Assembly: GCA_973895155.1 (NCBI GenBank)
Contig: OZ316894.1
Coordinates: 19,258,805 to 19,322,804 of the forward strand
Length of the DNA: 64,000 nucleotides
Source: Marsupella aquatica
Taxonomy: Eukaryota > Plantae > Marchantiophyta
Direction: 5' to 3'
This document shows positions 49,405 to 59,766 of the stretch, piece by piece. Under the pieces are notes generated by a model. It ran no database searches, was not told where the DNA came from, and worked only from the letters and a program-made list of their open reading frames with translations. Every line of letters begins with the position of its first letter. The first letter of the stretch is position 1. Made by a program: the position numbers and the translations under genes.

Positions 49405-51333
49405 CTCCCTCTTCTTCCCTACTACCGACAACTCTAATAGTAGTACAGCTTCCTCCACTGCACGCCGCACTGGTGATCGTACCGGTGTTACAAGTTCCTC
49501 CTCAAATGGTAGCAGCTCCTCCTCAAACCCACCGTCTGATCATTGCGATCCTGAAGCTCCACCAACGCCAACCACCACCTTCGAGTGACTCATATGAAAC
49601 AATCATGAAAAAACATCTTTTTTTGAAACTTCTCATAAACTCAAAACTCAACACCGCCGCGTAGCTCACAAAGCTAGGAGTCCAATACTGAAAGCCGAAA
49701 TCAAAATCAAAATTCGACGAAAAAGTTATTCAAATTTTGGTCGGAGTGGGTAAAACCTTGGGAAACTCCCCCGTTTTGACCACCTCGTAGAATAACCAAA
49801 ATACCCAGTACAACCTGTCGTCTGAATTGCGATGTGATCTGTGCGCCACGTTGCCAACTTCAATGGCTCCGTCCTCGCCAAAAAAGATACCGTTCGGCGG
49901 ACAGAATCTTTGTCAGACGGCCAAAAAGCAGCTCTTTGTTTTTGGGGAATATTACCGCACAGTCCGACAGGTCTCATAAGGGGCCGTTCCCCCTGTCCAA
50001 GCAGTTAAAGCGGAGGGTGGCAGGTCTCGGCATTCAAGGAGAACAAAAGGAAGGAAAAATGGTTAAAAATAGGCCCTTAAAAGGGATGCTAAGCCCCTTA
50101 AAACAGAAAATACAAGTATATAACAAAAGTACGCGTGTCGGTGTACGCAGAGTACAAGGGCTCACAGGGTACGCAAGGGCGTCGGGCGGCTGCATACGCA
50201 GTCGCGTATGCTACAGTTGGGGCCGGCGAGGTGGGCTAGAATCGGAGGGCAGCCGACAGGAGTAGCCGGCAGGAGCAGGCGCGGGGGCAAGGCAGCCAAG
50301 GGCGCGCGCCCAAGGAGGGCTGTCGAGGGCGTTAGGAGGCCGGCAGCGAGCCGGGGCGCCCAGTCGGGGCCCGGGGTAGTCGTAGGGGGAGTAACGGGGC
50401 GCGGGGTTAAATGGGCCCTGCCTGCGTAGGGGGGGCGGGAGGCGTAAGGTTGGATTGCGGGGAGGGGCCGGCCGGCGCTGCGGACCCCGCCGTAAAACGG
50501 GGTGCGGGGAGGGGGGGGAGAATCGAATACAAGGGGGGGAGGAAACGGACTCGCGAGGGGGGAAACGCCAGTACAAGGTGTATAGACCTCGTAAATACCC
50601 TAAAAAGGGGCCCGAATCACCCCCTTAAAACGGAAAAAATCAGCTTAAACCAAAAAAGCCAATTACTCACATAAAAAGCCACTCTTTCTCACGAGAAAAG
50701 TGAACGCCGCCGACGGGAAAAGTTTCCAAATTTCACCGGCACAGTCTACAGCTCCAGCTGAGTAAACAATTTCTAACGCGTCGTCTTCACTCCGTGCCAA
50801 GTGCCAATCTCGGGCTCAAAACGACCGTCTTGCCGCGATCAAACCGTTGAGCCGTGGCACTTCGCGTTTCTTCCACCGAGTTGGACGTTACAAAGAGTAA
50901 TCCGGTTCAGGGAAAAACAAGCACCATAGCTTGTCAAAAAACCAGAACGTCTCCTTCACTCGTCATGACGCACTCAGTAACAACTCGGCAACAATCCAGC
51001 TACCGAAATGACCAGCTCGCTTCAACCTTCAACTTGAGCTATAATGTGCGATCCCTCCCGCATCGCACAACTCACACTGTTGAAAAATGCGAACTCTGGT
51101 CTCTCCCCCAAAAACCCGTCGAACACGAATAAACCCTGAATGACGCATTCTTCAATTCCTTCGCACCACGGATACCGATCAGCGAGTTCTAACCACCGTT
51201 AGAAAGCCCTCTCACTAACCCTATCCGCTCAACCGCACACATTCAAGTTTCATGCGACAAAACTCCGAATGTACCATTGACAATGAACGCTAGAAAAACC
51301 TGTCACAAAAAAACCTCGTCACCTCCCAAGCAT

Positions 51334-51345
51334 GCTCTGATACCA
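51334..51345 (-). promoter_or_regulatory. Primer-binding site (tRNA-iMet)
   Basis: Minus strand TGGTATCAGAGC lies 2 nt inside the 5' LTR. Confidence 0.92.
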
Positions 51346-51347
51346 CT

Positions 51348-51691
51348 TGTTGAGCATAGACGACATTCACAACTGCAAGCCCATGAACCATCTAACGCAC
51401 AATAGTCGACACAGAGAGATACGTGGTTCACCTCCACATGAGACTACGTCCACGGGAACACACAAGAGCTTTACTGCACTCTAGACCGACCGGCCATACC
51501 AAGCATCCACAGCACAAGCTCTCCCTATCTCTCAACTAGCTCCGTAACAATGAGCCTAAGTTCCACCAGGGTCTGGCATCAGCCCTGTCTATATGCACAA
51601 CAGCACTACCGCTAACATTAGCTAAGTCCTAACCCGAGTTAGACTAACTGTGGTTAGCTCATGAGTCACAAGACTAGAGCAATATCTAACA
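51348..51691 (-). repeat. Copia 5' LTR
   Basis: 344-bp direct repeat of 42028-42371, adjacent to the PBS. Confidence 0.95.
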
Positions 51692-52130
51692 ACCAAGGTG
51701 CATCCCTTGTATACTTTAGATTTTGAATATAATCTGGCACCCCTCTATATTTTTCAATCTTTGCTATACTTTTGATCATCCACAACTTTTGATCATCCAC
51801 CCTTTAACCAAGCTCACGGAAGTTCTAGCCCTTAGTGAAGAAGAAATGATCTAATTAAAGTGCGCTCCTCATGTCTTTAAGTTCTACTCATGGTTTTGTG
51901 TCCTAAATTTATGGTTTTAATTCATTTGAGTGTCATTATCTAAGATAAGTACATAAGTATCTTTACTGGTGTCTAGTATGTGCAGAACCCAATACCATAG
52001 ACTTAAATTTTTCCTGTTCATTATTACTTTTCTTTACATGTGTACTTTTATTCTTGTACCTTATGTGCACAACTTTTCAATATTACTTTTCTTTACATGT
52101 GTACTTTTATTCTTGTACCTTATGTGCAGG

Positions 52131-52475
52131 ACGAAAGGCAATCTCGAGGGCAATCAATGCGGATTAGCATTGATTACCCCATAAGTGCTGCCCGCTGCCC
52201 GCATGTGCTGTATCTGATTTCAGTTTAAGTACCTGGCGCGAATGTACCTCATCACGAATTGAGGAAGGGCTCAATGGTAGCCCAGATCAGTTGGGGAGTT
52301 GGAGGTCCCGGGTTCAAACCCTGCTGTATGTCAAGAATGCTTTTTAGCATTCACCCCACCCAAAAAGTGGGGATCATTCATGCTAGTAAAATTCGAAAAA
52401 AATGTGAGCGGGGCAGGCAGTAGGCGCGGGCAGGTGTACCCGAGGCTCTTAATGAGCCTCGAGATTGTCTTTCGT
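52131..52475. mobile_element. MITE-like element with 19-bp terminal inverted repeats and internal tRNA-like segment
   Basis: ACGAAAGGCAATCTCGAGG (52131-52149) versus CCTCGAGATTGTCTTTCGT (52457-52475), 18/19 complementary. The element is absent from the homologous copy at 30140-30725. Confidence 0.7.
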
Positions 52476-53867
52476 GGTGAATCAACTTTTCAATGTCACG
52501 CTTCCTAATCAATGTCCTATTTATATCTGTCACAAAAAAAAATCACCTGTATTTCACTAAAAAACTTAAACTTTTTGCTAGAGGACAAAATAACTTTTCA
52601 TGTTCCAGGATGAGTATGCTATATATAGTCTGACTTACATTCAATATCTCCCTCTATATCCAATGGAACAGACTGGTTCTGGGTTCATTAGAAGAGGCTT
52701 GGAAACACTATTCTTTCTAAACCTCATATAATCACTTTCATAGAGAATTAAGAGACTTGAGAGTAAACAAAACAAACTGAATATCTAATTTTCTGGTCAC
52801 ATGTAATAAGCACATGAGCAGAAGAGTGGGGTTTTTATGGTCCAGCGGGGCTGCAAAAGGTCTATACAAGTATGTTTTGAAAAGATGGAGGTCCATCAGG
52901 GCTTGAACTGCATAAAGTATGACAGAATTTTGGCAAAGTTTTGCCAATAGCGCAACCCCATGGGGCCACTTCATCACAATCCATTACCTGCTGGTTGTCT
53001 TCCATCAAACTTCTATATCCAACATCTCCCTCTCGGGCTCCCTCTATAGTCAATAGAAAACACTATTTCAGGGTCATTAGAAGAGGCTTTGAAGATCTTT
53101 CCAATGAGCCTATGTAGTCTATTTTCATGGAGAATTGAGAGACCTACAAATTTCCAAGGGTGACTTTGGATTTCTTGACACAATTCACTCATTGGTTCCA
53201 AAACTTACCCAAGCTTGAACCCTGGAAAAGCAACTGGCTTAGAGGTCAGTTGGCCAGGGGATTAGCCTAGAATAAATTAGAACCAAGAGGTCAGAATCTA
53301 ACATGGCCCCTCCTATAGTTTTCTCTTTGTATATGTATGGATGGTTTTGAGCCATAAACCCCCCTCCAGCTAGTTTGGGGGCTAAAATGAGATTCCCCCC
53401 CCCCCCCCCCCCCGTCCCCCTGGCCAAGTCAAGGGACATCCAATTTCAGGCTCATCTTTCATATCCAAATGGAGCAAAACTACACTCAAAGATTTTATAG
53501 TTCCAAGGATTACAGCTTCAACCACCACTAGCCATATGAAAAGGGAAAACATCGAGCATTGAACCCTTCTAGACTGGAAAACCGGCCTTCTCGACTATTT
53601 TGAAAAAGTTGAATGTTCCCTGCTGACAAGACATTAAGGGCTGATGCCGGTCATGGACAGTGTGGACGGAAAGGGACCTTCATGTCATGTGTGTGTAAAA
53701 TTGGATGGAAATTGACCTATGGTTAACCCTTCTTCATCCTAGGTTAACCCTATACGAAAACAATGGCATAATTACAAATACAAAACAAACCGTGCCAGTA
53801 TTATAAATTGCCACAACTTTAGTGGTAATGTAGTTAAAAGCTGTTCTTCTTTTTTGACATTCCACTC

Positions 53868-53972
53868 CTTCCTTTCCTATATTGTGTCATTTTGCTTCAC
53901 AATTCCTTTCCTATGTTGTATCACTTTGCTTCACAATTCCTTTCCTATGTTGTATCATTTTGCTTCACAATT
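53868..53972. repeat. ~34-bp tandem repeat x3
   Basis: 'ttcctttcctatgttgtatcactttgcttcacaa' repeated. Confidence 0.8.
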
Positions 53973-55326
53973 TCACGGAAAAGAGTAATTAATGGTTAAA
54001 GCTTGTGGATCCGGGTCCAGAGAAAAAAATAATTATTGGTGAAACCTGGTGTATCCACCTTTTTGTCATGGCTAGTGGTGGTTTAAGGGGGTTACAGCCC
54101 ATTGATCAGCCATGGGTTTAATATTATTAATTACCCCACACAGAACCGCGGGGCCCCCTCCATCACATCGGAGTCCAATTATTACCGGACGGTCGTCCTC
54201 CTTCCACCGTCCGAACTTCTAGCCGTTCCCTCCCACCTCTACGGTCTTTTCTGCCGTTGCGTTTCCCGTCGCGAAGAGGAGTGGCGCCGTGGCGGGACCT
54301 CCGACTAGCCGTTGGGGTTTTTCCGCCGTTGTCCCGTTCCTTTCTCAGGCGGAACAGAGGGGCGATACAGAGAAGAAACAGAGAAGAAACAGAGAGCGCA
54401 GATTTTGCCTCGTGTTGAATCGCGTTGAATTGCATTTTGCGTTGCGCTGCGTGCCTGCATTGGGAGGGGCGAGCGAGAGAGGAAATCATTCTCAAGTTCT
54501 CTGTTTCGTGCTATTATTCGGGCTGATCCCACATCACATTGCCGAATTGCGCTTTCTCGCTGGCCAAGGTTTGCTGGTGAGGAGAGAGAGAATTTCTTAG
54601 AATTGTGTGTCGAGCTTTCTCGTTGTTCATTCTCTCTGTTTCCGTGTGCGTGCGGTGGTGGTCGGTAAGATAGATGATTCGCTCGGTGGCTTTGCGTTTC
54701 TTGTGAGTGTCTTGAGTGTTGGTATCGGAGGTTTTTTTTCATTTGGCGGTGGACGATTTATTTGTGTCTGGTCAGGCTCGTGTTTGTTGGTGAGAAGAGA
54801 GAGAATTTTGTCGAGCGAATCCTCACTTTCCGTGTGTAGATAGATTGTAGTGACGGGTTTTGGGAAGCTGTTGTCGTGTACTGTTAGATAGATGATTATT
54901 CGTTTGCTGGCTTTGAGTTTCTTGCGAGTGTTTTAAGTTTTAGGATCGAATTTTTTCTTTTGATTTGGTGGCGGAGGATTTGTGTCTGGTCTTCGGAGGG
55001 GCTCTGTTTGGACTCCTGGAACCTGTTTGAATTTCCTCATTCTCTGCGTGAGATTTTGAGGCTCTCGAGGTCGGCGTCAACAGGTTCTTTCTTCATAGCG
55101 TTGGCTTGGTTGGAGAAGATGCAGCGTTGCCCTCGTTTGTCAGGCGCTTTTGAATGCTCCTCGCTCCTCCTCCCGCCTTGTGGTCCCGCATTCAATTCTG
55201 CGCGTCGTCCGGTCTCCTGCTCGACTGATTGAATTCTTTCTATGACGACGGCATGAGCGTTAGCCTGGCCTAAACGGGAAGTGGGGAGGTGACAGACGAA
55301 GTTTAGCAGCTGAGTAAGCGAAGAGA

Positions 55327-58300
55327 ATGATGTACTCTGGTAAGCCGCTGCCGCTCAAAGCATTTGCGAATGCAGGAACTGTCAGCAGCAAAGATGGAGC
55401 ATCGTCACCTGGAATGGCGGGACTGATTCACCATCAGCAGCAGCTGCCTGCGACTTCGGAGAATTGCGACCCGAACCACCCGCAGCTCGCGCTCTTCGGC
55501 AAGGAGGCGCTGCGAAAAGCTGGAGAGTCGTCTCCTACCGTTCTGGACGAAATCAATAGAAGCGCAATGCAGCTACATAAGCCTGACGGAGGAGGAGGAC
55601 AAGTGGATACTGCACTATCGGATATTTATAATGCCGCTGCTGGCGAATTGGACAGGCGGCCCCAACAGTCGAAGGAGGTAAACCGGCTTCCCGCTGCTAA
55701 ATCATCATCTCTTACCTCTCCAACGAAAGCTCCTTCACCCATCTCTCATCATCACAGTCACGGTCACGGTCACAGCGGTCGTGCCCCTCATTTTTGTAGG
55801 TCTCCCCGTTGTGCGTCTAACAATCCGGACTACGCCATTCCGGCCCAACCTCCACCCCGCAAATACCTTATTTCAAAACGCCACTTGCTTCCTGGTGCCA
55901 TTTGTACAAAAGATCCTGCAATTCTTGCTAGCCAGAGTCAACAAGAATGTTTCGCTACCCCTCAACCGGCACCATCCACAGGCAAGCCTCCAAAACCTTC
56001 TCGAAAGGTAGAGAATCCCATTCGGCAGCTTTCCTTCACCAATGCTGCTTCCGAAAGGAACACTCCCCGTCTTGCATATGAGACCTCTCCTTCTCGAATT
56101 CCTAAACCTCCATTTGCACGTTCTCCAGCAGGAGCGCTTCCAGAAGGGTTTCATGAATCGATAGCCTCTTCCTCGCCTCAGGACCACTCTTCACATGTCT
56201 CACGACCTGCTGACCCAGCAACCGAAACTCTTGTTTCAGAATTGTCTTCTCCTAAGGCTGAGGCTCAGCAACAACCTGTCTTAAGGAACTCCCTGGAGGA
56301 TGAGCAATTTTCACATGAGAGAAGGGCTGAATTGGATGAAGATGTGCATTCGAGTCGTGTAGGCTCCGAGACGTCCTGTATTGTTGCTGTGGCCGCGTCC
56401 ATTTCACCTCGAGCTTCTACTGATGCCGGAGCCTCACTGTCAGCCAGCCAACTGGACTCTCCGTTCACATCCGCAGGAGATGACCCTGTGTCAGGATTGT
56501 CTACCTCCATGGAATTGGCAGAGGAGAGAAAGACTTCACCAACCTCCATGGAATTGGCAGAGGAGCTGTCTTCCGACCAGCGCAGTCCAGAATCTGATGA
56601 TTTAGTTCTTGATTCCACCTCGCATACCTTGCCCTCAAATGCTGAGTTGGAAGATGTGACCGAGAAACTAGCGGAAACACTCGCCTTCAAGGTTGTGGAA
56701 GATACCGCGACTCCGCAGGTCAGTGACTGTAATCACATGGAAGAAATGTCAAGCGCAGATGTTCAGAACGGGCGGACAGAATCCGCGGAAGGTTCCATCA
56801 TTTATCATGAACAAGAGGATGCTCAGCAATTCTCGAATTTGGAGAGGGCACTCCAGTTTGCGGAAGGGAATTGGGATGGTACAGATTGTCAAGATGAAAA
56901 GAGCGCGGAAGCAGGAGATAATCAATATGAAATTAATGCGGATGGAGAGAGTTATCAGTTTCGAAACCACATGAGCGTATTTGATAATGCTCTATCCTCG
57001 GAGGGAACGGAAGAAGGGCCGGAGGAGGTACCTCGCGGGCGTTCCGTAGATAGCTACATTGAAGAATTGGAGAGTGCCCAGAAATGTCAGCTAACAGAAG
57101 GACAACGCGAGGTGCCAAAGTATGTCCGCGGCAAAGGTCGGCAATTGTGGAGAAGCGACTGCAGGGACAGTCGTGAAGTCGTGTTTTTAAAGCAGACACC
57201 TCAAGCTGATCGTCGGGGTGAAGACTGGATGGTGGACAATATTCTCGAAGGTGCAATTTCGAAATTGAATCCGTCTGGCCAAGGGAGAGTCCGAGTTCTT
57301 GTAGAGGCGTTCGAAAGCCTGTTGAACCTTGGGGGGCAACCGGAGACGGTCGACAGACGGGCCTCTCGAGTGTGGTGTCTGAACAGAATGGAGAAAGGAG
57401 AAGTTGATGAGGACGGTGAAGAATTCGAGGAAGGTGATCAGCGAGTGGATTGTTATGAGGTGTCCGGAGATGGACTACAATTACGAGCTAGCATGCGTCT
57501 CAGTCTTGGTGGCGGCAATCGACTACCTTTATGTAACCCCGACGAAGTTGACGAAATCGAGATGAGTGCCATTCAGAAGGTTCAAGACTGGGACGACTGT
57601 CGTCAATCTCAATCCTTCGAGGATGTGGAGAACGAGTCCTTCAGATCTCAGTCCCAACCCGACGCTGGAGTGCCTTATGATCATGACGACCTTAACGAGG
57701 GTCAACCCGAAGTTAGTGGACCGACATTCGGAGACACACAAAGAAGAATTTCTTTCTTAGAAAGCCAAACATTGCAGAACGATAGTGACAGGTGAGTCCC
57801 AAAAGTGAATTATATTGATTTAGGAAGTCGATGGTACTGCAGCTGCGTGATCAATCACTCCACAATTTCACTTGATAGACCACTGCTCCTTTTTCTTTTG
57901 AAATGGTTAGCAATCTCTTTCTTTCACGTTGACGATCTGGATTGAGAGAGCACAGGGTTGGGATAGTCATGGCATGACGAATTTTCTCGGTCCTGTTGAT
58001 TGTTTTTGGCTCATTAAACGATTCTTTTCTTTTTTGCCATAGATCATCGGAGGGTTTCTGTTGTGATGCACGGACTGAGAGCCAATTCGGTTGCTACACT
58101 AGAGAGGATCTGAATCAGGGGGCTGATGCGAGATCGACATTCGTAAGACCGTTGACCCCTTGCTGTACTCTTGTTCCAGTAAGCCTTTGCGGTGTCAGTG
58201 TAGCTCAACTTTCTCCCTTCTTTGTCAGGCTTTTGGTGTTGCATCTGAGATTCTCTGTCGAAGTAAGATATCTGCTGAATTACAATGGTCGTATTCTTAC

Positions 58301-59766
58301 ATTATATCTAATGTGTACAGAGTCTGGATCAAGACTACAAGCACAAGGCCTCTCGGAGGAGACGGTACTGGAAAGCCAATCCTGTGACTTTGGAGACTGC
58401 TGGGCTCTCTTCCAATGGTGGCTCGGGGAAGGATCAAAGAGTCATCAGAGGCACCTCGTTGGAGCCTTTCAATTTGCGCACTGAGGTATCAAAACTGGAT
58501 TCCGTGTGCTTCACAATGCGAGTTGACAGCTGCAGCCTCGGTGAAAAACTAGTTTGGCTACATTTTCTGATACCATTCACTTCTTCTCCATACAGGAACG
58601 GGGAATGATGAAGGAGTACCAGTTCGCGCAGAAGCTTGAGCAGATGTTTGCAGAAGAAGAACGGCTCCGGAATCCCATTGCACAGGGCTTGCCATGGACC
58701 ACTGACGAACCAGAGGCTGTTCCCAAGCCACCGGTGAAGGGACAGACTAGAGCAGTTGAGTTCCGGCATTACAGCAACTCGAGGGCCATCGAGCGAGCCG
58801 AGTTTGATAGCTATGTACGTTCTTCTGTCAACCATATGAAATGACTGAATGCTACATCTGTCATGAGCACTCGAAAGTTTTGGAGGAAGGTCATTGTTGC
58901 AAAATATTTGTACAGTTCACGATTACGAACCTTACTCAACGTGTGGTTGAACTTCTTATCATGGTATATAGTATCGACTCTCACCAATGTATCATGGTAA
59001 TCGTTATATGCACATGTTTCACAAGGCCAATCTTATGTATTCACCATCATCTACATTCTAGCCCGCCATTGTCTTGGTCATCAGGAATCAAGGCACTTTT
59101 GCTCACTCCTTCGCACATGTCTCTTCCATTCCAGATGTCGGAACGGGCCATGTTCACAGAGATGCAAAAGCAAGAAGCAGAGAGATTGCGGCAGTTAGCC
59201 GAGCAAGATGAAATCAAGAGATTGCGAAGAGAGATGGTGCCGCGGGCTCAACTGATGCCTTTCTTCAATCAACCATTCATACCCACCAGGTAAAAAAGTT
59301 AGCTTCGGACGAAGTGGGGTGGTATAAAACGAAGATGCTTGAAGAAACGACAAGTTGTGTTGCGTGTCTGTTCGGCATCAGTACGTCTGTGTCTATCCAT
59401 TTAATTTGCAGAGGTTTTCGAAGGCCTTCCTAAGGATTTTGGAAATCGAAGTGTTATCTTGATGCGTGTTTAGTTGTCCTCATTGGCAAATTGTTGACCA
59501 GTCAAAGAATCTTGTGAACGGCTTCCTTTCAAGCGACTCGATGTGCCTAAAGACCCAGATTTTGGAAATTGCAATGTTACATTGATACATGTTTAATAGT
59601 CTTCGTTGACAAGTAGTTGACAAGTCACAGAATTTGGTGCAGGTCTTCCAAGCGACTCACTGTACCTAAAGAGCCGACTTTCCTCAACAGACAACATAAA
59701 CGTGCAAAATGCATTGTCTGGCAGCAACATCAGCAGAACCAACAACAACCATGGACATATGAATGA
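55327..59766 (+). CDS. TPX2 C-terminal-domain microtubule-associated protein (MDP60/TPXL-like) with long disordered N-terminus and CaM-binding-like motif
   Basis: Exons at 55327-57791, 58042-58142, 58321-58485, 58595-58814, 59135-59289 and 59643-59766, joined in phase. Motifs: PFNLRTEERG, PIAQGLPWTTDEPE, SRAIERAEFD, EIKRLRREMVPRAQLMPFF, RSSKRLTVPKEP. Confidence 0.88.

Larger units (their letters stand above)
42028..51691 (-). mobile_element. Full-length but inactivated Ty1/copia LTR retrotransposon (Tnt1/Tork-like)
   Basis: Two 344-bp TG...CA LTRs, TSD ACCAA (42023-42027, 51692-51696), an iMet PBS and a PPT. Domain order on the minus strand is gag-PR-IN-RT-RH, with many stops and frameshifts. 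Confidence 0.97.

Noticed and set aside
49834-50674. Antisense or extra ORFs in the copia leader
   Set aside because: Low-complexity R/G/P-rich translations are expected from very high GC content, and no domain was recognised.
52261-52330. Functional tRNA gene
   Set aside because: No pairing acceptor stem or clean anticodon arm, and no oligo-T terminator immediately downstream.
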